Assembly (NCBI GenBank): GCA_965112155.1
Contig: OZ218098.1
Reading direction: 5' to 3' (one strand)
DNA length: 64,000 nt
Source of the DNA: Podarcis liolepis
Lineage: Eukaryota
Positions 1-11,715 of this stretch are shown piece after piece. Each line of letters opens with the position of its first letter. The stretch's first letter is position 1. Below the pieces are notes generated by a model, which was given only the letters and a program-made list of their open reading frames with translations, did not search any database and was not told the DNA's origin. Made by a program: the position numbers and the translations under genes.

Positions 1-269
1 TTTGTTCTCTCTGCAAGGCAATGCCTTGGGATGTTTGATGCCCGCCGTTACCTGCAGAGCCACTCTGAGCAGGGCATGTCCCCCCAAAAGCCTCGTATCG
101 CTAAATGGGCCTAGAACTGGGAACTCCCTGTGTCCCCTTTAAAACAAAACAGAGTGTGGAGGCCTCTTTATCTACACACTTTCAAGAAATCCGGCCCTTA
201 AACTTCTTACTCTGGATTAGTTCCATTGAGAGCAATAGCCCTAATCCAGTCTGACTCTCAGCACATGAA

Positions 270-1000
270 GAGGGACCGCTACCTACAGTCGCTAGCGCCG
301 GGCAGACTGCTGCCGTTACTGCGCACGCGCCAGAAACCGTATTAGTATTTCCAATAGGCAAAGCAACAGAAAACTACAGTTTTACGTAAGACTCCGGTCA
401 AGCCAGAAGGGTGACCAAAAAAAAAACAACACCCCACACAAAGGCGCATGCGCCTCCGCTGCCTGACTCTAGGCCAAAAAGAGGTAGTCTGCGCTCTCGC
501 GCTTGCGCAGTTAGGCTGCTCTTGTTTCTGGGTGGGGAAAATTACGCCTGCGCATGGTAGGCCCCTGCCCGTAGGGAGGGGGGTCAGCGAGAGAAGGATA
601 TGTCGCGCAGGCGCAGTATGGCGGCCTTGTATGTGTGTATGTGAGAGTCTGACGGGTTCAAAATGGCGGCGGCTGCTTCTATGTGAGGGGAAGAGTCTGG
701 GGGTTGTGGGGAGGGAACGGGTGGCGGTGTCGGACGGGCGCCGGTGGGTTGGGGGCCCCAGCTGCGCGGTGCTGGGTCGCAGCTCCTTGGCCCCAAGAGG
801 CGGCGCGGCGGTGCTTGCTGGCCCAGCGCCTTGAGAGGCTGCGGTCGCGTCCCAGGGGGGTGTTAGGGCTTGGGCTCGGGTTCGAGTTCGGGGAATGCGC
901 GTGGGGCCGGCGTTGCTGAGCCCGGGTGGAGCGGGGGGCTGGGCTGGGCTGGGTGGGGGCATCTGAGGTGAGCCGAGTGGGCTGAGCTGAGGGGTGTGTG
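270..1000 (+). promoter_or_regulatory. KDM2A: CpG-island promoter of KDM2A
   Basis: GC/CpG-rich block in a CpG-poor background. NRF1 palindrome GCGCATGCGC at 444-453 with variants near 320, 548 and 605. YY1 motif CAAAATGGCGGC at 659-670. Lies 2.3 kb upstream of the ATG exon. Confidence 0.85.
600..967 (+). other. KDM2A: putative non-coding first exon (start approximate)
   Basis: Inside the CpG island and ends at donor GAG|GTGAGC (968). The TSS cannot be fixed from sequence, and the exon could instead run through to the donor at 1513. Confidence 0.45.
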
Positions 1001-1484
1001 GATGCCCTAGAAAGGCAAGTTGTGGGACTGGGAAGGCTGGACGTGTAGGTGAGAATGGTCTGGATTTGGGGCACAGGGGTCCAGGACCTGCAGCCCAAGA
1101 ACAGCGACTGAGAGCTGATTTGTTTCATGACTAGATGGAGGTGGGGAAGACTTTCTGTAAGGGCAGGAGCTGGAGAGAGAGTTGCTTTCCCTCCTGAGGA
1201 GTTATGGCTCTGGGTTCCCAACTTGGAGGGTAGGGTGAAGAGAGAGTGTAGTTCTCAGGGCAACCCCCTCCCGCCCAAGGCTGGCCTCGCTGAGAGGAGC
1301 TGAGGAACTGAGCGCCCTCCAGAGCCTACCTGATGACGCCCCCTTTCCCCCAACAGTGGGATCGGGGTCCCTTCTTTCTGAGGGGCTTATAGCCCATTTT
1401 GGATGCTAACGTTCTCCAGCCTTCAGGGTCGAAGAGTAATTCACTTGGGAATTAATTGACTTTCCGGCTTTTCTCCTGCCCTAG

Positions 1485-1512
1485 GAAGGGGCAAAGGAAA
1501 ACCAGAGACCTG
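1485..1512 (+). other. KDM2A: putative 28-nt non-coding 5'UTR exon
   Basis: Strong acceptor ctttccggcttttctcctgccctag|G and donor CTG|GTAAGA. Confidence 0.6.
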
Positions 1513-1877
1513 GTAAGATATAGCGATATTTCTATTATTTAGTTTTGCAAACAGTCCTATACAGTATCTCGTTCTTTCCCTTTTGCTCTGTGGGAGTCAG
1601 GGTGCCTCATTGCATTTATGTCACTACAAACAATGAGTGATATTCTAGTTCTTAAAATGCAGACAAAGTTTATGCTTGCTCTGATTTGTCTCTCTCTTCT
1701 GCTGGAATGGAGTTGAACTGGCATGTGGGGTGCTGATCCTCTTCGTTTTACTGACTTTGGGACTTTTAAGGCTGTTTGGAAAGAGAGGCACACACAAGAC
1801 TGATTTGGAATAGGAGGTGGCAAGTAGGAGCTTCTGAGTTTCACTTACCCCACCCAAAACCCTCCTGCTACTGTATA

Positions 1878-2079
1878 CAGGAAGCCCGCAACTTATGCAC
1901 ATTTAACTTGTGCACATTCAGCTTTATGCGTGTGGCAAAAAAATTAAATAAAAATTAAAAGGGGGTCGGGTTGAACTCAGTGTGCCATTGAACTCAGTGT
2001 GTTTTGACTATACTGTACATGATTTTGGCTTTAGGCATAATTCCCAGAATGTAACCCCTTGTACGTTGCAGGCTTACTG
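1878..2079. mobile_element. Tc1/mariner-type MITE
   Basis: TIRs CAGGAAGCCCGCAAC / GTTGCAGGCTTACTG, TA on both sides. Confidence 0.7.
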
Positions 2080-3302
2080 TACTTGAAAATGTAAACAGAC
2101 CATTTAGGCAATTTTGTATTGGCTTTAAATCGAGTTATGTTGTGGTCTATATCTTATACTACTTGCTTAACCCATGCAAATGTTAAGCGGGTGCTGAAAT
2201 GACTGTTTCCTGGTGATTGACTGCTGACCCAGTCTTGTAATGTGTCTACCTCTAAAACAGCACCACCATAACTTATATACACCATTTTGGGGTATGCTCA
2301 GGATCCATATTATTTCTTTTATTTGCTTGATGCATAAAGTACCTTTACACAGGCTTCTCTAGAATTAAATGTTCCATTCACTAACTTCTCCTTAACTGAG
2401 CAATAAAATAGTTGTGACACACATGTCCTGACTGAGATACAGTGGTAGTAAAGGTGTGAATGGACTACAGCACATATGATGGCTTGCTGTCATATATTGT
2501 TCTTACACTAGCCAATTAAAACATTATGCTGTTGAACTGCTGTAGTTGGTGTCTGACTGCATTTGGTCAGACTAGATCTAGGTTATGCCATAATCAGTAG
2601 CAGAGTTCTGCCTCTATAATGGTGGGTAACTCTTACAGTATTCAAATGAACAATGGGTTGCGTACTTTTGTCTTCTCCGCATAGAGCCAAACTGCAGTTT
2701 CAACAAATGCTGAGAGGGGTCCTTGGTTGCGGGGTGCAGTAATATAGTAAACTGAGCCCTCTGTATTGATTCCATTGTGTTTAATCATGGTATCTCTGTT
2801 GTTTTGAAACATTTCCTGGGAAAATTCCTATAGGTATTTGCAGACCAAACTGAGCATGTTTGTTCTTTAACTGACTTTTCAATTCATTTAAAAAGCAGAC
2901 ACCACATAGAATACTCTGTCGCCACCTAGCATGTATATTTACTTGGGTACTTGACAAAACTATGAAAGTATTGCTTGATGTTAAAGTATGGATACTATGA
3001 GACTGATTCCATTGTGGAATAGCCACTTGGGATTTTTGTTTTATTTGAATTGACCCTAGTTTTAAAAAATGGCCATGGCTTAATCAGGTCCTAAAAATTA
3101 AGTCATCCTGTTACTTCATAGTCATTGTTAATTTTCCATTCTTGATTCATGACATTTCATATTGTTGATAAAACCAAGGCAATAAAGAGTTAAAGTGGAA
3201 TTTCTAATCTGTTCTACTTCCTTATTCTGGTATCTTTAGGAGGAAGAAGAGGAAGACAGCAGTTCTGATATCTCATTCTCGCTCTCATCAGAAGAGTCTG
3301 AG

Positions 3303-3344
3303 ATGGAACCTGAAGAAGAGCGGGTCCGTTATAGCAAAAGGCTG
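3303..3344 (+). CDS. KDM2A: coding exon 1 ([14 protein letters not shown]); exon begins at 3240 with UTR
   Basis: Acceptor ctttag|3240, ATG 3303, donor CTG|gtcagt. Confidence 0.93.
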
Positions 3345-6300
3345 GTCAGTATATACTCTTATGCATAGTGTTTCTACCCATAACTTTTTAGATCCACTCT
3401 AACTAAAAGAAACAAAACAAAACAAAATGTAAATAAGTGCCCAGTAGTGTTAATAGGCTCAATTTCAAAGTTTGTGATTTAGTAGCCACTTCAAGCTCGT
3501 CATAAATTTTAAAATTGTGCTTCCAGAAAAAGATGAGTGTAGTAAGGCTACTAAAAGTTTCCTACAGTTGAATACAGCAAAGGCTGACTGAGGTGATGAT
3601 GGTTAGCAAAGCTGGAGGTGACTGAGCAAGAATGTGGACACACATGTTTGGCCTCCATTGTGCTTTCAGTTTTGCAGTCTTGGATTATCACAGGTGTGCT
3701 ATCTTGAATTTAACACTGTGTCCAGAAGCTCAGGTTGTGGAGGTGTCAGAGTGCTTTAATTGACTACATCTGGTGTGAAAGCTTGGGTATTTTGTCCAAT
3801 TTGGACCTGGTGAGTTGTTCATGTTTGTACCCTTAAGGCTAGTTCACCATAATGTATTTTGTGGAGCTTACCTTGAGGATGAGTCAGAAGCTTCTCAAAT
3901 GGTATACTGTGCTGCAGCTCATTTCCTGAGAAGAGTAGGTTTTATAGAGCATAGTATATCTAATGCTCCAGTGCTTGTTACTGCAGAATCTATTAGTGTC
4001 CAACATACCATATGAGGGGTTTTGTGGGATCAGTTTCAGTTATGACAGCCTGATGATATGAACGAAGTGTTTGAAGCAGTGCATCCAAACAGGGCTGGTT
4101 ACTGAAGTGCAGACAGTCACCTGGTCAGCAGGAGTTCAAAGCAGGGCCCTTCAAAAGGCCTTTGCAAAGAGCTCTGTGTTGTGCTTTGAAGTACTGAGGA
4201 TCAGCTGACCAGCAGTGCTCCAGAAGCAATTGTGAAGGATTACTGGCAGGTGGACATCCTCACCCACCTGTCAGATTTGGACTTTGGGGGTGCAGGTAAG
4301 GATCTGGCCTGTCAGCTGGATCCAGTCCCCCACCCCTGGAGTAATGCGTAGTTATGTGATATGGTCTGCCCGGCTGCTTGAAGGTGGTGGTGGTGGTGTG
4401 GTCTTTCCTGAAAAATCTTGCCTTGGATCCAATGGTATGTGGCAACTTGGACCTAATTGCAAAATACTCTATTTCAGAGGAAGGTGCTTGCTTGAGAGGG
4501 TAGTAGTGGTTTAAATACAGGTGTTTCTGTGTGAAATATATTATATTTAGCCTTACCAGTCTGGGTTCCAACCTGGCTTAGGGATTGAGTTGGCCTTAAT
4601 TGCACTGATGGGTGACCTTTATAAGGTGAGGGAAAGGAGGGTTGCAACCCAGTTAATCTTTCTTGATCTCAGCAGCTTTTGATATTAAGCTTAGTATCTT
4701 TCTGGATCAGCTCTATGGTTTGGGGGTTGGAGGTGTTGTTCAGCATATCTGCCCAGCTTGATTGCAGAGTAGTACTGGGTGACTGCCCCCTAGCAGTTAT
4801 TCTCTTGGATACCACTGTGCAGTACTTTGTCCTCAGTGCTATTTAACATCTAAGTAAAGCCATTGGGATTTAGAGCACAATGTCTTCAGTATTATTATAT
4901 TTATTCTCATCATCATCATCATCAATTATTAAATTTATATACTACCCTTTATCAAAAGGTCCCAGGGCAGTGTACAACATTACAAACCTATTTTATGGAG
5001 CATAAGATTGAAAACATAAAACAAAGCATAGTTATAGGCAGCATAATAATAAAATAATAATAGTAACAGTCCCTCTGTCCCCACAACTTTAACAGGCCAT
5101 AGATTATTTAATGGCCTAAGGTCTTGGTAAAGACGAATGTTTTAGGCTGGTACCTAAAGACATATAGTGATAACAGCAAGTGAGCCATTCTGGGGAGAGC
5201 ATTCCACAGATGGGGAGCCACCACAGAAAAGGTCAGTTCTTGTGTTGTCATCCTCCAAACCTCTCGTGGAGAGGGGCATAGAGAAGGGCCTCTGATGACA
5301 AATGCAGAATCCAGATCAATTCGTATGGGGAAAGGTGGTCCTTAAGATACACTCAACGACTGATTTAGGCATGTCCAAATGATGCATGATTGTACACAGA
5401 ACCTGGAAGTAGCCCCCAAATGTCATAAAGATGACACAAAAAGGGGCAGGGTGGAACAGATTTACACATGTTCCAGTGTATGCAGGGGTCTGGAATTTAA
5501 CCCCCATGCAAAATGAGGATTGCCTGTATTGCAGTCTTGAGCTGTGTAAGGCTCATAACAATTGACTCTCCTTCTCTCTTACATCTGAATCTGGTGGCAA
5601 GTTCTGAGCTGATATCTAAATGCAGTTGTGTGCTAAATGGATGCCAGTAGACCTTGACTGAATCCTGACAAGGTTATGGATGTTTCCCTCCCTTTGAAGA
5701 TTTGTAGTCTGGAGGTACTCATTGATTCCTCTTTGTCACAAGAATCCTCATCGGCTAAGAGTACATTCTACCAGCTTTGGTAGGCTAGATAAGGACGTCC
5801 CTGTTAGGGGTTATAGGTTCACATTGGTCCATGCATGCATTTGTAATCTTGGTTATTGGTTATTGTAATGCACTCTATGCAGGGTTGCACCATACCAAAC
5901 TCTACATAATCTGTTACTTCAAGAACATGGGATGACTGTCCCCATGCAGTATAAATAGGAAGGAAGAAGTGTAAATGGAGAATAATTGAATTGGAAGTAC
6001 TTGGTGCTTGGCTGAAACCAACACATCATAGTTATTATTGAAATTACAGAACTGGAATTTGACCTAATTACTTCCAAGAGATATTCAAAGACACTCTTAG
6101 TTTACTGATGTGTAACATATTTAAGTCTGTCTTGGTTGTTTAAGCTTACAAATGTAATCAGGCATTTTGTTTCTTGGCATCTTTGATTGTTTGTGTATAG
6201 GCAAATTGTATTACCTTCAACACCCATATTTGTGATTATGATATGTGTGTAGTGGTGGGAAGCTATATGTGCTCAGTCTTTATGGGTTTGTAAAGCTGGG

Positions 6301-9300
6301 TTTGTATAGGCTGGAGGAGTGGAATTAAGAAATGGAAGTGTTAATTGTACAAGTTATGGGAGGTGGGTTCATATTAGGAAAGAAGAAATGAGAATAAGAT
6401 CTGGTAGCAAACATTTCCTTTTTAAAAAAAGAGTGGACGGGATGGCTGTACAGCAGTTTTGAAGCATTCTAACTTCAGAGAATCCTTTTTATATTGGTTT
6501 TTCTGCTGAGGTGCCCTGTAGCAATGCCACAAAGCATATGCATGGCAAAGGACTCCTGAATATGTTTAGTGTGCTCAGCTTAGTTCACTTGATATACTGG
6601 TTTCTCCTGTTAGCCCTAGTGGTCAAACCACACCAATTGTACTGTAGAATGAATTTGACATTGCTGCATAAACCTGCACCATGGCATTAAAGAAGTACAT
6701 TGATAGTACTGAGCAAGCTTTTCTTTTGGTGAGTGTTGTCCTTTGGTAATCTAGTTGTCCTTTAGTAAGAATCCTTAGCATGTATCTAGGAACTACAAGA
6801 TTTCATAGGACTGCATTTGAAAACCATTCAAGAAAGTATTGTGGTAAAATAAGAAAAAGGAAATTAAGTTGCCCTGAACCTTCAAGATAGGCTAGAGAAA
6901 GCAAATTAAAATATATTGATCGTATCTGTCAAAATACTTGTATCTGTAGACGATTGATGGGATAAGATTTTATACTTGTTGTTGACGAGTTTTCCATATA
7001 ACTTTCAAGAAGGGTTTATTTCAGCATTCAGTTGTGCCTGAAACTAAAAACTGTCTTCCACAAATACCAAGTGGAGCTATCCTTTTATGTGTGCATTAAG
7101 AATATTGTTAAGTGGTTAGCCAGCAGAGATAAAATTGTTTTAATGGACATAGTTGAACTATTGTAAAGTTGAGGTACGTTTGCTGAGTTCTTTGTAACTG
7201 TAGCTAGCTGATGGTTTCAAATATGTCGATAATTTTTGAGTTTCTGCAAAATTGGACTCTCATTTTTAATACATACCTGCTTTCAAATAGAAAAGTATGT
7301 ACCTAGTTAGCTACATACAATAATGTTGTGCCTAGCTCTTCAGATAATACAGTGGTACCTCGTATTACGTACCATCCCCCTTACGAATGCTGCGGGTTAC
7401 ACGCCCCTTGTTGAGAATTTGCCCCGGAATGTGAGCGGAAGTCACGCTCCAGTTGCACAGCAGCAGCAGGAGGCGCCATTAGAGAAAGCGCGCCTCATGT
7501 TACGAGCAGTTTCCTGTTACGAACGGACGTCCAGAACGGAGTAAGTATGTAACACGAGGTACCACTGTAGAAGAAAGAAACCTATATAATCCAACTTTGG
7601 TTTGCTCAACATGTTTGGCCTTGGAACCAATTTTGTTTCGGGTATGTGAAATTGGTTTTTATATGGAATGGATTATAGTATTCTTACTAAATGCCTCTAC
7701 TTTATTTTCTGATCAGGTGTCCATGCCTCCCCACCAACCTTGTGATTTTTCTTCCCCTGCCCCCCTCCCCCCAAAAGCTCTTGCTTTTTATCCCTCCAAA
7801 CCAGGTTAAGGATAATCTTTGGCCCATGGACCATATCTGACCCAACACAGTTCCTACCAGTGATGCCGTTATCCACAAACAACACCCATCTGCCATTGAA
7901 TGTGGCATCAGTTATGGGGCAGGTAGAGATGCAGCTGGACTAGCATAGCTGATGTCTGCAGAAAACAGCTTTGACAGGTCAATGCTCAATGCATGGGAAG
8001 CAGTGCACAAAACACTTTGCAAGCTTTGTGCTCAATGGATCCCAAGTGCTTGCCAACCAGCTGGCTGTTGGGTGCTTGGGAAGCACTATGTGAGGTTGGG
8101 GGACAACCCACCTATCAACCACTTGGTTTCACAATGGGTTGTCCTGTTGACATGTCAAAGTTGGCCCATAAGGCTCTAGCTTGCTGGATCAAAAAGGTTC
8201 CCCTCCCCTACTCCAGATTCTCTGAATTGCTACCAAACATATTCTCTTGAATCTTTGGGACTGCAAAAGTATAGCATTATATATGTGCTTTTTATTGGAC
8301 CAACCTGAAAAAGGGTAATTACAACTTTCAAACGGGCCAATTTGACTGGAATTGTGGACTAAGAGATAAAATTGTGCAAGTAAAAGAAAGAAAGATAAAG
8401 AATGTATTTTAATTTTTCCAACAATATATACATAAGAGATATAAATGTAGTTACTAGAATGCAGTAATAATGGACACAACCATATAAAGTGATGTCTGAA
8501 CTTCAACTTCATGTGACCAGCAATAATACTGAAGGCCAGACACATTTCAATCCACAAGGGGTCTTTCTTAATGGTCAATAAATGTACAAATTTCAGTGTT
8601 GTCACCAGAAAGAAATCATACGGCTGATTTATATAAATAGCTGACCTACCTCATCCTTAGAATTTTTATACAATTCAGTCGCAAGCTGTATAGCAGGGAT
8701 GTCTAACCAGTTGACCACCGGGTAGGTTTGGGTCGACCATGGGCGATTTTTTCCCTTATCCCCCAAAAGTAAACTCAATATTTTTGACTTGCCCCTCTAA
8801 AAAAAGGCTAATAACTTTTACTTTCCTCCCTTAAAAAGCTCAACAATTTTGACTTTCCTCCCCCCAAAAACATCAACAACTTTGACCTAAACCCCCCATA
8901 AAGGGGTAGATCACTGCCAGTTTTTTTTTTTTGTGAGTAGATCGCAGTCTCTTGGGAGTTGGACGTCCCTGCTGCACCTTCTTCTTCTTTGACGATCACT
9001 CGTAGCCGAGTAAGATTGTCTTCCATAAACACAGTTTGAACACTGAGTTTGTAAGTGACTGTGGAGGCCGATTCTGGATCCACACATCCTTCCACAGTGG
9101 GGACATTGGTTTCTGGGCGGGAGTTGATCACGGTGTGGATTTGCCAAGCATGCCTTCCTCTTAGCACATTTCTCCCTTGTGTCCTGAGTTCGAGTGTCTT
9201 CAAACCCCATGACACCTTTGGTAAAGGCTGTTCTCCAACTGGAGCGCTCGCAGGCCAGTGTTTCCCATTTGTCAGTGTTTATGCTACATTTTTTTAGATT

Positions 9301-11672
9301 TGTCTTGAGACAGTCTTTAAACCTCTTTTGTTGACTACCAGCATTACGCTTTTACATTTTTAAGTTCGGAATAGAGTAGTTGCTTTGGAAGACGATCATC
9401 AGGCATCCGAACAACATGACCACTCCAATGAAGTTGATGTTGAAGAATCATTGCTTCAACACTGGTGATATTCACTTCTTCCAGTACACTGATATTAGTT
9501 CGCCTGTCTTCCCAAGTGATGTGTAAAAATTTTTGGAGACACTGTTGATGGAATCTTTTGAGGAGTTGGAGATGGTGTTTATAAGTGGTCCATGTTTCAC
9601 AAGCATATAGTAAGGTTGGTAGTACAATAGCTTTGTAAACAAGCATTTTGGTTTCCCTGTGAATGTCCTGGTCCTAAAACACTCTGCACTTCAATCGGGA
9701 GAAAGCTGCACTCGCAGAGTTCAGGCAATGCTGGATTTCAGCATCAATGTTGGCCCTTGTGGAAAGATAATTGCCTAGGTTGGAGAAGTGATCAGCATTG
9801 TCCAACGTTACACCATTGAGTTGGATTTGTGGTGCTGCAGAGGGGTTATTTTGTACTTGTTGGTGCAGCACTTTGGTTTTTTGGATGTTGAGTGATAGGC
9901 CAAGCTTTTCGTAAGCTTCTGCAAAGATATTTAGGATGGTTTGGAGGTCATCCTCTGAGCGTGCACACACTACACTGTCATCAGCATACTGAAGCTCTAT
10001 GACGGACCCCGCTGTATAGTTTAGTATAGAAGGTGGTATATTTCTAGTGCTCAGTTATATATATTTCTGGGGCTTTCAACAGGATCTCTACTTGGCAAAT
10101 GTCAGCCATCCAATCCATCTGGCAATTCACTCCCACAATTAAGTGCAAGTAGATAAATAGGTACCGCTTTCTAGCGGGAAGGTGCCGGTTCGCCGCAGCA
10201 GCTTCGTTACGCTGGCCACGTGACCCGGAAGTGTCTGCGGACAGCGCTGGCTCCTGGCCTCTAGAGTGAGATGAGCGCACAACCCTAGAGTCTGTCAAGA
10301 CTGGCCCGTACAGGCAGGGGTACCTTTACCTTTAATGCAGAATATTTTCTGTTCAGTAACACAACCAATGAGCAGAACTCCACGCATAGGACATTCCTGC
10401 TGGAGGAAGAGGAAATGTGATTTTTGCTTCATGCTCCCTGAAAAGTTTGGTTGAAGGAACCTCAAAAGAACAGTGTGAGTGAGTGGTGGTACAACAATCT
10501 GAAGAGCAAAAGGGAATTAGTTTAAGTCACCCTCTCTCCCTCAGCAGAAGCCTCTCCTGAATCTCAGTCTCTTTCACAAATGGGACACTCTGGATGCAAC
10601 CCATTGACTTTCTATCAGCTGAGGAGTGCTAGTTTCATTTGCCTGAAGCTTTTAGTATGGAAACAATAGAACTTTTGTGTTTAAACAAAGATTATGTGCT
10701 AGCATCAAATACAAAATATAAGAGAAACCACCTAAAGGTTTCTTTTCCATAATGTTTTTCTCAAACAGCTGGTCAAAGTGGTGGAGACTTTTCAAGAGTT
10801 TCAAGTCCTAAATACTTCCTTTGCTGTTCTTTCATTTAATCGGTGGGTAAACGATAATCTGAGATTAAATGAGGAGTCGAATATTTGCATTTATTAATCA
10901 ATTAAAGGCATAATCCAAACTGACAGCTTAATGAACCAACATTACCTACCACTGGTGCATTTGAATCGCTGTTGCACACACCAGCCATGGCAGAAGGTGG
11001 GAACAAGGCAAATCAATGGGCCAGCATGGAACTGGTGCAGCAGTTGGGCCTGGTGTCAGCAGGGTGGCTGTCTTGGTAGGCTCATTTTGGAGCTTTCTGC
11101 TGGCTGCTGTTGATGGGGATCCCAGCAGCAGCAGTTCTGTCTACCTACAAAGCCGGAAACTTCACATCATCAAAGTGATGCTGGCAGCACTTTGCAGGCA
11201 AAGGCTGGCAGGTCTTGGCAGAGGGAAACCACCTAATTCCCTTACCTCCAGTCCAGTGCAAATGGGGTTTAGATTGCCCCCTAAAGTTTATGGCACTAAA
11301 AAATATCTAGTCTTCTTGCTGAATGTAATCTTTTATACTCGGGGTTCATAATTAGCAGGGCACCAGGTGCATTTTGCACCTAAAGAATCTCCATTTGCAA
11401 TCCCCTCCACAAGTCTGGGTGTCATTTGTATGAGGCTGGCACTCAAAGATTACTGAAATGTATGTGCTTTGAAGCCTCATCGTATATGTTAAGGATAGAC
11501 AATAAAGGAGGTAAGGAGTTTGTTAAGGAGTTTAATAATGAAGAGTAGAGTGTGTTGAAAACTGAAGTTTGGTACAAATATTTTTATTGTAAAAACCAAA
11601 TTAAACATGTATTAACAATTTCTGCTAAAATGTGATATTAACCCCAGCCAGATGGGCGGGGTATAAATAATA

Positions 11673-11715
<43 letters not shown>

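Noticed and set aside
342-1221. Long ORFs over the promoter on both strands
   Set aside because: Typical CpG-island open frames, Pro/Arg/Gly-rich, with no recognisable domain.
8978-10005. RTE ORFs as an expressed reverse transcriptase gene
   Set aside because: 5'-truncated just before YADD, with stops and frameshifts; an inactive LINE copy.
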